DNA from: Chrysomallon squamiferum
Lineage: Eukaryota > Animalia > Mollusca
Direction: 5' to 3'
NCBI GenBank assembly: GCA_012295275.1
Contig: CM022667.1
Span: 2,666,001 to 2,730,000 of the forward strand
Length of the DNA stretch: 64,000 nt
Shown here: positions 1 through 15,423 of the stretch, piece by piece
Layout of the letters: each line of letters begins with the position of its first letter
Numbering within the stretch: the stretch's first letter is position 1
The notes under the pieces: model-generated
The model's input: only the letters and a program-made list of their open reading frames with translations
Told to the model about the DNA's origin: nothing
Databases searched by the model: none
Made by a program: the position numbers and the translations under genes

Positions 1-1588
1 AAAAGTAAAAAAAAAATAAAAAAAATGGCAATTGCAACCACCAGACAAATGGAAATTAAATCTGTTAAAGTTTATTTACACATTTAACAGCAACAATTAC
101 TGTAACTATTTACAATCAAACTGAATTTCTTCCTGAAAAATTGATTTTTAGAGTCTGGAGCACCTCTGATGCTGCTGGTACACACACTTTTGATGTCTTC
201 TCTTAGTTGAAGCTGATGATGTTGGTTTGTGATTCACAAATCCTCTGGGATATTAGAGCATCTTTTTAACCACTGGAATGTTGCTTATGGCAGACACAGC
301 TAATCCAGTTTTTCTTCTTGATCTTCTGCACGTATATATGTCCACTTTAGCACAGTTTATCTTTGATTCTGTTGGACTTGATAATCACCATTATAGCTTT
401 ATAATTTAGAAATGATTTCAAGTCTCAGTGTGTCTGTTATTTTATAGAACTACCAAAGCAGTTCAAATTTGTAGTAGCTCTATCTGAGTTCATATCGGAG
501 AGAACTTTAAAATTTTAATAGTCTTTGTAATCAGAACAATCCAGTCTTTTAATTATTTGGGTGCAGTACATATCAAAGGATTTTGTAAGCTTCTGTCATG
601 TTGACTGCACTTTTTCCCATCAAAAACAATAATTAAATCTTTCATTTATTTGAACAACATTAACAGATCAAAAAGAAATCAAAGAATCATATGACCTTTG
701 AGAATTATGTTATCTTGATTGCAGTTAATGATGTTTTCTAATGAAGGAAACTTTCTATGTGAAAATAATTTTAATTATATCAATTAATAATCAGGTTTAT
801 CATGTATTTATAAGAATATCCAGAAGAAAAACAACAAGAAGAAGAAAACAAACAAAAGAAAAAGACTGGCAGTGGACAATTTAAAACGATGAAACTGAAA
901 ATGTTGACCACATTGTTTTTAACACATTATTTTTATTTGTGATTTAATTATTCTGTTCCCTGTATTTTGAATCTATAAGTAACAGATGTGGAACAGCAAC
1001 AGAACACTGACTTTAACCCCAGCAGTTTACTAAAAAAAAATGTAATTTATGGAAATAACAGAAGTTGACTGTCGGTACTTGTAAATGATATTTTAAAAGA
1101 AATATGTTTTCTGTGGGTTTTTTTTGTTTGTTTGAAACCAAGGTGAAATTTAGTGCATAATGGCAATCATTTCACCTCATTACTGAGAATATATGTATAT
1201 GAGTGTATATATGTAAAATATATTTATGTATATATATATATAGAATTATCTATGAGTGTATGTGTGTATCAGTATATACTGATAAATAAATGAATGGATG
1301 GATGGAAGGTGACTGATAGTTTGGAATGTTTATATTTGTATCTGTGTGTTCATGTGTGTGGTTGTGTCAGGTATATTTAAATACAAGAATGTTCTGAATC
1401 ATCAGTATATTAAAATTCTTTAAAATGAAGCTAGTAACTTTGAATCCATGTAAAAATGGAACATAGCTAAATAAAAAGTAACCAGTTTGTTAAGTCAGAC
1501 ACCATTTATTTACAACTTTTCATAATTTATGAATGATTTTCCTCAGCAGTATGTTGTGTACATTCTTCACTTCAGGAATTCTTCTAGA

Positions 1589-1658
1589 TTCTAGAAAAAT
1601 AATTAGAAAAGAAAAAATAAATGAATAAGAAACCATAATAATAGAAACAGTATATATG

Positions 1659-1694
<36 letters not shown>

Positions 1695-2042
1695 AGTGTG
1701 TGTAAGCATACTTTAACATGACAGTTAAATAAATAAATGTTACTCACATTTGCCATATCCGAGTCCGTATCCCATTCCCATCATTCCATGTCCATATCCT
1801 CCATAACCTCCGTACATCATTGGGTATCCCATCATACCATATCCTCCCATCATGCCGTATCCTCCTCCCATCATTGGGTATCCTCCCATCATTCCATATC
1901 CTCCCATCATTGGGTATCCTCCCATCAGACCATATCCTCCCATCATACCTCCCATCATGCCTCCCATCATGCCATGTCCAATACCACCAGCAGAGGCAAT
2001 GGCAAAACAGGCAACAAGTGCGATAAGGACAGCCTTCATCAT
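1589..2042 (-). CDS. Secreted Gly/Met/Tyr-rich protein, copy 1 (98 aa; CDS join 1748-2042 + 1589-1590)
   Basis: ATG at 2042 follows acceptor tttcag (exon starts 2051). Signal peptide MMKAVLIALVACFAIASA is followed by (GGMM/GGYGMM/GGYPMM)n...GYGLGYGK. Donor T|gtgagt at 1748/1747 and acceptor tttctag|AA at 1591/1590 complete TAA. Non-coding exon 1 ends at 2168 (CAG|gtcagt). TATATAA at 2240-2246; AATAAA at 1505-1510. Confidence 0.9.
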
Positions 2043-2239
2043 TTTGAAAATCTGAAATAAAATTAATTTCAGTTGATTTATTAATATAAAATGAATTAAA
2101 CATAAAGAAATGAAAGATAATCTAAACAGTAAAACAAAAGTTGACAGACTAATACTAAAATACTGACCTGGTGATTGGAGAGGTGTTCGTTCAGAATTGT
2201 AAATGTGAGAGTGATGCCTTTTCACTTTCAATTTAACTC

Positions 2240-2273
2240 TTATATACTAAACAGTTTAGTAATGTGATGTAAC
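2240..2273 (-). promoter_or_regulatory. Core promoter of Gly/Met gene copy 1: TATA box plus TGATGTAAC (C/EBP-ATF-like) motif
   Basis: TATATAA on the minus strand at 2240-2246 and TGATGTAAC at 2265-2273. The same block is present at 6447-6480, 9969-10002 and 13436-13469. Confidence 0.65.
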
Positions 2274-5200
2274 TTACTTACAGTTTATGGTCAAATTAAT
2301 CATCTGAATCAGGTGTTAATGACTCTGATTTGATAATAAAAGACAGGTGTAAATTAATTTATTGCTTGAATGTATGATACTGATGTTATCAGTGATACTT
2401 TTTGTTGACTGTTAATAATTGGTGGTAGTAGTAGTAGTAGTTGTAGTTGTAGCAGTGGTGTTTGTAGAAATAGTTGTGATAGTGGTAGTAGTTGCAGATA
2501 TGGTGCTGTGTGTAGTAGTAATAATTGTAGCATTAGAAGTAGAAGCAACATTGTAGTGGTGGTTGTAGTAATTGAAGCTATTGTTCAACAGGTCACACTA
2601 TACATACTCAATGTTTATTCAGATATAAATTTATACTGTGATAGTAAAAATATTTTAATATTTCATTAATCTGTTCTATAGAGAAAATATATTTCTATTC
2701 TTTTGTTTACTGGGTTGTAAACATGACTAAGATCACCATAAGAACTTTGTTATCATTATTTATTTATTTATTTATTTATTTATTCTGTTCTTTTATTTAA
2801 CCTCTATTTATACCATTTACTTATTTTTGATAATTAATCAGTATTCTTGACTACATGACTGTTATAACTGATAATGTTATTACAATAAAGAAATCTCTTC
2901 TAACTGAATAAATTATTATTAAATATTTGATAACAACAAATGCATGTGTAACTGTGTATTTTGTGTTTATGTGTACATGCCTGACACTGGTTCTCTAAAA
3001 AAAATTTGAACATAATATTCAGATTGTCTTGGATGAATTTAGGCTATTTTGGCTATGGACATTTTGGCCTATATTTTCCTCTATGATCTTTTGGACTTGG
3101 ACATTTTGACAAGACATTATTTCAAAAGGTTGTTGTTTTGCCCATATCTACCAATTTATTTCCATTTTGAGGAAATCATAATGAAAATATAATTTTTATT
3201 TTTATTTTTAGCACATTATTTGAATTATTTAAATTAACACAACTGTACAGGCTCGTGTACAGTTTTAAGTTTTAGGTTTAGCTTTTAACTGACTAATACA
3301 TTTGTTGATGATAGTCATCATTTGTCTTGTATCTATATGCAAGATCCCAAAAGTGAATATTTTGACATACAGAGTGGCTTCAATGTAATAGAAATAATAT
3401 AGAAGAAATAATACTGAGTGAACATTCACCAAATACTAAACTAAGAGTGTGTTCTGTACTTCGATCAAAGTCAGATCCTATCACAGAAGGATTACAACCA
3501 GCTTCCTTTATCACACAAATTATGATTTTTTATACATAGTCTGTGTTTTTCTCTGGAACAGAGCCTAGTGAATTGCAATTTCAGTAAAGATAGGAGCATT
3601 CAAATCCATTAATCAAATCCATTTAACCATGAAATGTTATAATTTTGTTTAACTGTTAATCATTTGAACATTAAAATAATAATAGTAAAAAAAATTCAAA
3701 TCCACCACCATCATTCTACCAAACACTGCTTGTCTGACTATTTTTAATAATAATAAGGTAATTAATAAAATAAATAAAGAAATTTAAAATTTTTTTTTTT
3801 TTTTTTTATAAAGTTCAAATTAAAAAATCCTCCAAGAAAAAAGAAAAAAAATATTAAAAAGGCTGGTGGTAACTACTCTGAAACATCCTAGGTCAAAACA
3901 TATGTACCTTGACTTGGAAAGAACCTTCTAATGAAGTCGTAGATTGTGAAAAAGTATTCTTGTACAGGTCTCTGATGGAATTAGCACTCAACAAATTACT
4001 CTCAGTCATATCTTGTACGTATTTAGCTGGTGTCCTCTCAAAAGACAGACATCATACATCCCATAAGGCAGTGCTCCCCTCCCATATGGTTGAACAAATT
4101 ACAGCAGAAAGGCCACAGTGATAATCAGTAAAAATGTGTACTTCAAACAGCACAGTCAGTTTATATTTATTAATTTCTTTAGCAGATTACAATCAATTTC
4201 TTGTGTTACTTATGCAGAACTGGTTAGTCTAGGTTTGTCAAAATAATTATGTGGAATAAAAACTATAAAGCAGCATAGTCAATAAATTAACTAACTAAAA
4301 TATTTAACTTGTTGCTGGGTTCAGTTGAAGATTAGGGCAATGTGTGTATGTTGTGTGTCTGCGTGTGCATGCATGATCAGAATTCAAGCAGGGCTGGGAA
4401 AATAGGAAGAAGTAATTTCTCCATCTTGACACATGATACTACCATTCATGTTAAAGTTAGCCTAGGACCAAGAGACAAAAAAAAAAAATCAAACAATATG
4501 TAAGTACAAAAGTTTTTTTCTCATTTTGGTTTATGATTAATAGCATCCTAGTACCTTTAGTCTCAAACCCTTACTTGTGTATGTTTGTAAAGTGTAATTT
4601 ACTATATCTATAATTATGTACAGTTGTTTATCATGCCAATCTGTGTATAAGTTTGGAAGAATTATGTTTATTTGTCAATCTCTAATCACAGCAATAAAAC
4701 AACGCATTTTTGCAAATATTCTTTGATCATCACATGATTTTCTTCAACATGACCTGTCAGTAACAGACAATGTCTCCATAGTAATTAACCATTGAAACAA
4801 AGTCTTTATCAGTTAACAAAATGGAACATGAAGGAAACTTGTATTCACTGTCATGGAAAATAAATTTCTGTCAGGCTTGCAGAAAATAAAGGAAGAGTGT
4901 TAACCATCCTTACGATGGTTTCTCTGTAGTTGTAAGCGATTAAAGTGGAGAAGTTTGCCAGCATTATGTTTTGAACTTCTGTTATTTTTGTTTGTGATTT
5001 ATTTACCACCCTTCGTAACAGATGCAGAACAGCAAGAGGACACTGAGTTTTACCCCAGCAGTTTGCTAATAATACCTGTAGTTTATTGAAATAACACAAG
5101 TCAGCTGTCAGATTGGTGGTAAAAACTTAAAGCAAAGTTTTAATAGTGCAAGAGAGCAGTTATTTCTCACATGTTGCTCAGTATGTATGTATGTATGTAT

Positions 5201-5722
5201 GTATGTATGTATGTATGTATGTATGTATGTATGTATGTATGTATGTATGTATGTATGTATGTATGTATGTTTGTATGTATGTATGTATGTATGTATGTAT
5301 GTATGCTTTTGGTGTGTATGTTTAATATATATGCTTAGATGTATGTGTATGTCTGCATACGTGGATGTTTGAATGTGTAGATGTGTAGGTATGTATGCTT
5401 GTGTACATCTATATGGAATGTTTAGAATGTTTTATGTGTGTATGTGAATGTATAGGGTCTGCCTGCTGCTAGTTTGTATGTGTGTGTGTGTGTGTATAAA
5501 TAGAGAACACAACAAATGTGGTCAGTCATTAATTGTTAAAAAGTTTAACATTCTTTACATCGAAGCTAGTAGTTTGAATCCATGTAAAAATGGAACATAG
5601 ATAAATAAAAAGTAACCAGTTTGTTAAGTCAGACACCATTTATTTACAACTTTTCATAATTCATGAATGATTTTCCTCAGCAGTATGTTGTGTGCATTGT
5701 TCACTTCAGGAATTCTTCTAGA

Positions 5723-6249
5723 TTCTAGAGAAATAATTAGAAAAGAAAAAAACAAATGAGTAAAAAAGTTTAAATAAATATCTTTGTTTATGTATATAAA
5801 ATATGCCTGAGAATACATTTTGGCATATCTGTGGAAAACAATTATCTGTTCTGTTAAATATCTTATAGTATAAAAGAAATAATGTTTAAATAGTGTAATT
5901 TTTGTTACATACTGAACCAGTATATTTTTTAAATAAATAAATGTTACTCACATTTGCCATATCCAAGTCCGTATCCCATTCCCATCATTCCGTGTCCATA
6001 TCCTCCATAACCTCCGTACATCATTGGGTATCCCATCATACCATATCCTCCCATCATGCCGTATCCTCCTCCCATCATGCCGTATCCTCCTCCCATCATG
6101 CCGTATCCTCCCATCATTGGGTATCCTCCCATCAGACCATATCCTCCCATCATACCTCCCATCATACCTCCCATCATGCCATGTCCAATACCACCAGCAG
6201 AGGCAATGGCGAAACAGGCGACAAGTGTGATAAGGACAGCCTTCATCAT
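5723..6249 (-). CDS. Secreted Gly/Met/Tyr-rich protein, copy 2 (99 aa; join 5952-6249 + 5723-5724)
   Basis: Same structure as copy 1: signal peptide MMKAVLITLVACFAIASA, split T|AA stop, exon 1 donor at 6375, TATA 6447-6453, AATAAA 5639-5644. Confidence 0.9.
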
Positions 6250-8482
6250 TTTGAAAATCTGAAATAAATTTAATTTCATTTGATTTATTAATATAAAATG
6301 AATTAAACATAAAGAAATGAAAGGTAATCTAAACAGTAAAACAAAAGTTGACAGACTAATACTAAAATACTGACCTGGTGATTGGAGAGATGTTCGTTCA
6401 GAATTGTAAATGTGAGAGTGATGCCTTTTCACTTTCAATTTAACTCTTATATACCAAACAGTTTAGTAATGTGATGTAACTTCCTGTATGGCTTGTAATA
6501 AGATTGATCTTCTGTATCACATTTTAATGATTATGACTTGATTAGAAAACACAGAGGTAAATTAGTTCATTGCTTGTATGATTGGTTCTATTGGTTTATA
6601 GAGGTAGCATCACTTCATAATGTTTGATAGTGATAGTTCTTTATTGTTAATAATTGTAATGACAGTGGTAATAGTGGTAATAATAGAAGAATCAGCAGAA
6701 GTAGTTGTAGTAGTAGTTGTAGCAGAAGTAGCAGTAGGAAGACAGTTTCATTGGCCATGAAGAATGGGTCAGTGTATGATTCCCAAATTTGATATTCTGT
6801 GCAGGCTCGTGGTACCTTCATTTACCTTTTTTTTTTTTTTTTTTTTTTATTATTCTCATCAAAGAATTACTGCATCATCGTGAATAAGGATTTCATGATT
6901 CTGCCAAAACTGGGCCATTGACAATGAATGGTTTGAAAGCCATGAAAAAAGCATTGACCTGAGGAGTGATCTCCACTTGAACTAAACTTTTGTAAAAGGT
7001 TTGCCAAGTGGGACTTGAGACTTCATGATGTAATGACACAAAAATATATCTACTACTCAATCTACAGACATTCTGTTTTAGGCTCATTTATTCATACTTT
7101 GATTTAATTTTGCAAGGAAACAAAAAATAATAATACTCCAATTTATTTTAATATTGTGTTGAAAACTCTATATGCATACTTATTTCATGGTCACATGATC
7201 CACAAGGTCAAATCCAAAATGAAAAGGTCATCAGCCTTTGTATTATTTCTAAATATAATAATGTCATTTTTGGAATCCTTGTTAAATTACCCTTATAGAA
7301 ATCCCATTTCACCTAGACTGAATTAGTTTCTGAACTTTGGTCATTTGAATGTAATATCAGTTTCTTCAGCACCAACTTTGGAGATATTGGAGACAGTGAG
7401 GTTTCAGTTGAGGGTTTGATGTCCATACATTCTGTAGTTGGAAGTGTATTAGGATTTTTCTTTCTTTAGTGTAATCGTATGTGACTGTTGGTCATAAAAG
7501 TACTGCATATCTTCAGACAAGATATTTAGTTAGTCTGGCCAAATGTGGAAAATTTTGGCCAACAGATGTTTCGGCCTATAAAGATTTAGTCTATGATCTT
7601 TTGGACTGGGATGTTTTAGCCAGAAAATATTTTCAAAAATGACCATATCTATCAATATTTTAGGAAATTATGGTGAAAATATGAAAATCATTTATGTGTT
7701 TGTACATTATTTGAATCATTTAAATTAACAAGATATGTAGAAGCTCATTTACAGTTTTAAGTGTTAGGCTTTCCACCTTTCCATCATTTGTCTGACTAAT
7801 TTCATTTACTGATGAAAGCTATCATCAGTTTTTAAACTTACTTGTAAGACTCAAAGACTGAATGTTTTGCCACACAGTCTTGGTCACAAAATAGAGACAG
7901 AACTGATTGCTCAGGTGATCACTGAACATACAGAGAAGAGCATGTTTCCACATTTCACTCAAAATCAAATCCTGCCACAGAAGGATAAAAACCTGCTTCC
8001 TCTGACATATGAAACAATGATTTCATATGTACTTTGTGTTTTACACTGAACAGAACATTTAGACAAGTGATTGTTTTCTGTCATTTTTTAAAGCAGCATG
8101 AATAGTTTGTATTCCAGTGAGGCTTGCAGAGAAACTAAGTTCTATTAATGATGTTTACAACAACTTCTTTGTGGTTGGAAGGGATGAAACTCAAAAGATC
8201 GACAGCATCATTTTTGACATTTATGCTAGTTTTGTTTATGATTTATTATTTAGTTCACAGCATTTTAAATCTATATGTAACAATGTAGAATGGGAACAGA
8301 ACACTGAGTTTAACCTACTGATTTAGTAATTTATGGAAATAACTAAAATCTGCTGGTTGATCACAAAATTTTGTCACATGGACAAAATGGAGGCAAAATG
8401 AAATTGATACGTTCAAGTGATATTTTTAAACTTTTTTTGTTTTTTGTTGTTTTTTGTTTCTTTTTTTTTTTTTGTTGTTTTA

Positions 8483-8522
<40 letters not shown>

Positions 8523-8591
8523 TTAAAAGCAACTTAGATTTTTGCCATATTTTAGAAGTAAAGGATTATTTTGCTACATCACCCAGTCTGT

Positions 8592-8622
<31 letters not shown>

Positions 8623-9027
8623 CATATGTGTGTGTGTGTGTTTGTATGACTGTATGCATGTATTATGTGTTCATCTATTTGTATTGATAAATAATGAATG
8701 GATTAATGTGGTTAATTTTGAATGTTTTTATTTGTATATGTGTCTGTGAATGTGTAGGTTTTCCTGTAACTGTGTCTGTCTGTGTGTGTCTTACAAGTAT
8801 AAATAAAGCATACAACAGATGTGGTGAATCATTAATATATTAAAATGTTTAACATTCTTTTCATCAAAGCTAATAATTTTAAATCCATATAAAAATAGAA
8901 CATAGCTAAATAAAAAGTAACCAGTTTGTTAAGTCAGACACCATTTATTTACAACTTTTCATAATTTATGAATGATTTTCTTCAGCAGTATGTTGTGTGC
9001 ATTCTTCACTTCAGGAATTCTTCTAGA

Positions 9028-9183
9028 TTCTGCAGAAATAATTAGAAAAGATTAAAAACAAATGAATAAGAAAACAATAATAATAGAAAGTGGCTATGCA
9101 TGGTGTGTGTGTATGTAAATGTATTATGGCACTTCTTTGGAAAACAATTACCTGTTCTGTAATCTATCTTAAACCTGTGTGCA

Positions 9184-9214
<31 letters not shown>

Positions 9215-9751
9215 TATGTGTAGCTATGTCTATGGGAAAATACAAGCCAAATGTTATTTTACAGTTTTATATATTAATATACGTATTTTTCTCAGAGTGC
9301 TATACTGACATTAGTAAACATATATTTATCTCTATCATCAGTGATGTATCAGTTGTCTGAAGATTAAAAACTGTGTATAATTTACTATGTGATAATATCA
9401 TTAACTGTAATATAATGTTTTAAAATATCACGTGTTTTAAATAAATAAATGTTACTCACATTTGCCATATCCGAGTCCGTATCCCATTCCCATCATTCCG
9501 TGTCCATAACCTCCATAACCTCCGTACATCATTGGGTATCCCATCATACCATATCCTCCCATCATACCATATCCTCCCATCATGCCGTATCCTCCCATCA
9601 TTGGGTATCCTCCCATCATACCGTATCCTCCCATCATTGGGTATCCTCCCATCATACCTCCCATCATACCTCCCATCATGCCATGTCCAATACCACCAGC
9701 AGAGACAATGGCGAAACAGGCAACAAGTGCGATAAGGACAGCCTTCATCAT
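9028..9751 (-). CDS. Secreted Gly/Met/Tyr-rich protein, copy 3 (97 aa; join 9460-9751 + 9028-9029)
   Basis: Same structure, with acceptor ctgcag|AA at 9030/9029, exon 1 donor at 9897, TATA 9969-9975, AATAAA 8944-8949. Confidence 0.9.
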
Positions 9752-12114
9752 TTTGAAAATCTGAAATAAATTTAATTTCAGTTGATTTATTAATATAAAA
9801 TGAACTAAAAAATATCAAGAAACGAAAGATAATCTAAATAAAAAAAAAATAAAGTAAAAAAATTCAGAGTTGACAGACTAATACTAAAATACTGACCTGG
9901 TGATTGGAGAGGTGTTCGTTCAGAATTGTAAATGTGAGAGTGATGCCTTTTCGCTTTTAATTTACCTCTTATATACCAAACAGTTTAGTAATGTGATGTA
10001 ACTTCCTGTAAAATTCATACAAGATTGATCACCTATCAATATATATAATATATAATGATTATAAGCTGTGATGGTGATACTGATAAGCAGACTAGTACAG
10101 ATCTCTGATGGAATTATGCACACAACCCTGCTAGTCTCACTCAAGTCTCAAACATATCTAGGTATGGTTAAACAAATTACAGAAGAGAAACCTCTGTGAT
10201 GATGATCAGTAAAAATCACTTCAAAAGGTGTCTTTATGTTCATTAGTTCATTTGGCTTTGATTCCACATGATAAAAGCAATAAAAAAGAAAAGACTCCAA
10301 ATAAAAAAAATAAAAAAAAATAAATAAATAATAATAATAATAATTATAATAAGGTGGAGAGGCAGTAACAGATGACCAATAGATCTTTTGACAGTATGGT
10401 TAACATATTCATTGCAATTACATGGTTTTTATTATAACTTGCCACGAATCATAGGTTTACAAAAGAAAATATATTCTATAATCATAACAAAACGTTAATT
10501 TACATTAAAAAAAATACATGTGATGTCAACAAAGCAATCAAGGATTTCACTAATGCCAAGCCTACTGATGCATCAAAGCCAAAACTTCCAGCAGTCCATG
10601 TTGTTTCTTTATAAAGCTGTTCTTCATCCACTAATGACCCACAAGAGTCTATAAATAACTGAAAATGTCCAACAAGTAATGTTTGTATTCATTTTGATTG
10701 CAGTGTTTTATATCTAATCTGTAAATATCAATGTCTTTGAAAGAGTGAGTAATGAAATTTTTGAGAGTTTATTTGCACAGAGGTGATTTCTGGTCCAGTA
10801 ATGAGCCTACAAGTTGTTTAAAATGAAATAATTATCAAGCAGAAATTGCTGTTCAGCAAATCAACTCACAAATATATTTTCCTTTCTAGACCTAAAGTAC
10901 CAGGCAGGTTTTAATTAAAAAAATGTATAATGGCAAGAAAAATACATGTCACTTGCCAACATTGTTTTTAGCAGAAGCCAAAATCATCTGATTTGGTGAC
11001 ATGGACATACTTCAGTATACAAAAATTTACCTATAATTTTAGCTAAGTCAGAATGTTAATTTCATGCAATGAACTTGATATACTGAGAACTTGACCATTT
11101 GAAGTAAACAAAATATTAAGTTTTACTGAAAAAGCGAAAACACATCCTACATCATGTAGTGAATACCATCAAGATATGAATTTGACCAGATGGAAATTGA
11201 TATCCGTCAGTTAAGAGATATCCATTCCTCAAAATTTCCTGTTGTGAAGTGAGGTTTTGTGAAGAAGAAATGTGAAAATAATGAAGCTCTTGTCAGGAAC
11301 ATAAAATTAAACATCTATGCATGGATTTTTTTCTTTCTAATTAAAAAGCATCTTTAACCAAATATTTCATACAGACTGATGTCATAAGTGGTAAAATTAT
11401 TTAACAAAAGTTTTGTTCTGATGTTTGTTTTCGATTACTTGCAGCCTTCTACCTAGAATCTAGGACCCCCAGTTGCATATGTTTGAAAATTCTAAAACTT
11501 TCAGTATGTGTGATTATGTAGAGTCATTTATCATTTCCTCTCAATTTAGTTACTGTAGAAGTTTACAAGAACTATATTTACTGTCAATCTCTAATCACAG
11601 CAGGAAGACAGTACACTGATGGTCTCATTATCTCCTTCCACATGACTAGCTAGTGGTAGGAAATTGTCTTTGGAGTACTCAGGAGTACTCAGGCACAAAT
11701 TCTGTATCATTTAACTGAATAGTGTATGAAGGAGATTTGTGTTTATTGTCATTAAAAGAAAGAAAGACTGTTAATGACGTTTACAGCAGGGTTTTTTTGT
11801 GGTTGCAAGCGATGAAACTGGAAAGGATGGACCATTATTTTTAACATATTATTTTTGTTTGCTATTTAATTATTCTGATCAGTGTGTTTTAAAAAGTATA
11901 TGTAGCTGATGTAGAATAGCAATAAAATATTACTTTTTACCTCAATGATTTAATGATAAATATAATTTAATGACATAACCCAAGTCTGCTGGCCAATTGC
12001 AAAATGAGGTCACGTGATCAGTGGACAAAATGGAGGGAAGATGCATCAGTACTTCCAAGTGATAGTTTTTCTTTCATTCTTTCTTTCTTTTTTTTTTTTT
12101 TTTTTTCTTTCTTT

Positions 12115-12145
<31 letters not shown>

Positions 12146-12428
12146 GTTTTAGTTGTTTTTGTGTTTTTTTAAATTTATTATTTTAGTTCTTTTTAACAGA
12201 TTATTTCGCCCATATCATCTGAACTGTATGTATGTACTACATATTGTGTGAGGCTGGGTACATGAATAATATATAAATATTGTGCATACGTGTATGTGTA
12301 TGTTTGAGTGTATGTATGGGTATGTAGGGATATATGTATGTGTTCATCTATACATACTGATGAATAATAAATTAATGTGGCTAATTTTGAATGTTTTTAT
12401 TTTTATATGTGTATGTAAATGTCTAGGT

Positions 12429-12475
<47 letters not shown>

Positions 12476-12710
12476 TCTCACAAGTATAAAAAAAATTAAA
12501 CACCAAATGTGGTGATTCATTAATACAGCAATAGGTGTAATGTTCTTTATATTGAAGCTAGTAGAATCCATAGAAAATGGGAACATAGAAAAATAAAACG
12601 TAACCAGTTTGATAAGTCAGACACCATTTATTTACAACTTTTCATAATCCATGAATGATTTTCCTCAGCAGTATGTTGTGTACATTGTTCACTTCAGGAG
12701 TTCTTCTAGA

Positions 12711-13243
<533 letters not shown>

Positions 13244-15333
13244 TTTGAAAATCTGAAATTAATTTTAGTTGATTTATTAATATAAAATGAACTAAACATA
13301 AAGAAATGAAAGGTAATCTAAACAGTAAAACAAAAGTTGACAGACTAATACTAAAATACTGACCTGGTGATTGGAGAGGTGTTCGTTCAGAATTGTAAAT
13401 GTGAGAGTGATGCCTTTTCACTTTTAATTTAACTCTTATATACCAAACAGTTTAGTAATGTGATGCAACTTCCTGTATGGTTTATAATATGATGGATCAT
13501 CTTTATTAGATTTTAAAGATTATATGATGTAAGTGTGATCCTAATAGGCAAAACTGGACAGATCTCTGATGGAATTACACACACAACAAATTATTCTCTC
13601 TTACATCTCAAACACACTTGGATATAGTTAAACACTGTGGGAAAAATCTGCAGTATTTTTATGTTTATTAATTCAGTTATCAGGTTACGTTTAACTTTTT
13701 TGCAGTAGCTTGTGCAGAAATGGTTAGTGTAAGAGAATAATGTACTGCGAACTAAAAAGCTATGAAGCAGTATAGTAATAAACTAACTGACTAAAACATT
13801 TTACCTACTGATCATTGTAATGTTAACACAATAACTCAAAAGGAGGCATATGGGATATGTAATTCGATAAAAATCTTCTATTGGATATAAGCCATTTAGT
13901 TGTATATAATCATTAATTATTGGCTTAATCGTCTTAATATTAAATTTACTAAACTTATCTTTGGGCCATGAAAAGTAGACCAACAGTAATCACAGAGCGG
14001 CATTTGATGAAAAGTGGCATTTTGTTAGCCATGATGTAAGCTATTCTTTGAATTTTCAAGAATTAAACATATATCCTGAGTAAATCTGAAATTAAACATA
14101 TTTTCTGCACACACACACACACACGCACACACACACAACACACACACACACACACACACACACATCTATATATAGATCTGTCGATATAGCCTTTATATTT
14201 TATCACAACTTCGATGGTAACTGTCTTTGCTGCCTTCCATACATGTCTTGTAGCCTAAATTTAGGGCAGTCATCATAAGAGTAAAACTGTGGCTGCTCTG
14301 TCTGGTTTGCCTTTTTGTCACTCCCATAAATGCCATCGTTTCAGTGAGGATATTGAATAAGAAATTTGGTGGGTTTTTTTTTTCGGGGAGGTTTTTTTTC
14401 TTGGCAAAACAGAATAAATAAATAAATAAATTATAACGATAATTAATAATGATGATGATGATGATGATAATAATAATGATAATAATAATAATTAATAATG
14501 ATAATGATGATGATAATAATGATAATAATGATAATGATGATTATGATGATAATAATAATAATAATAATAATAATAATGGTAATAATAAATCGCAAAGAGT
14601 GGAAATTTAACTCTAGTTATTTGGCTGCAAGCTATTGCAAAGATGTTATTTTCCTGAAAACTTGATACCTAATGCAGCATACAAGCTGTCTGCCACAGAC
14701 ACTCATGAACAGAACAGAGTCCTGACAGAACCAAGAATTCAGGCCTGAAAGGATCAGTTTAACCTTTTGGTATAATGACAGATGCATAAAGACAGAGATC
14801 TCAGGCCAGATGTCATTCTCGCTTGGATTCATCTTCCTAATATGTCACACAAGACGTCTGGCTAGCATAGCTGACTGTTAAGAAAAGGGTCAACAGATTA
14901 ACCTTTCTATACATTTCTGTTGTATTTGTTTCAGGCAGAGAATGAACGGCAAAGATGTGCCATGGAGCTGAGCATGCAGAACTTCATGCAGATATTAGAG
15001 GTTGACGACCAGGACCTGATAACAAACACTGAAGAGTTTGACTGTCCCATCTGCTTTTTAAAGATTGCACCAGGAGAGGGCGTCATGCTGAGAGAATGTC
15101 TACACATGTTTTGCAGGTAAGAAATAATTTGTATACTGAGCCAAACAAAATATCCTGTAAGAAAGAAACAGTCTGTTAACAGAAAAACAAAATTAAATTT
15201 AAAATTTTTTAAAAATTAAAAGTACTCTGCAAGTGAAAAATAGTTTATATCCTGAACAAAAGAATGTTCTGCAAGTAAGAAATAGTTTGTATACTGACAT
15301 AAAACGTTACAAAATCTCTCTCCCTCCCTCCCT

Positions 15334-15423
<90 letters not shown>

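Noticed and set aside
2043-2231. N-terminal extension MKVKRHHSHIY... in the ORF track (also 6250-6438)
   Set aside because: It reads through intron 1 and the 5' UTR from a non-ATG start and is not kept in frame in copies 3 and 4.
6760-7090. GC-richer patch with a 64-aa minus-strand ORF between copies 2 and 3
   Set aside because: No recognisable motif and no RBCK1-like plus-strand exon. Probably a decayed transposon fragment that I cannot classify.
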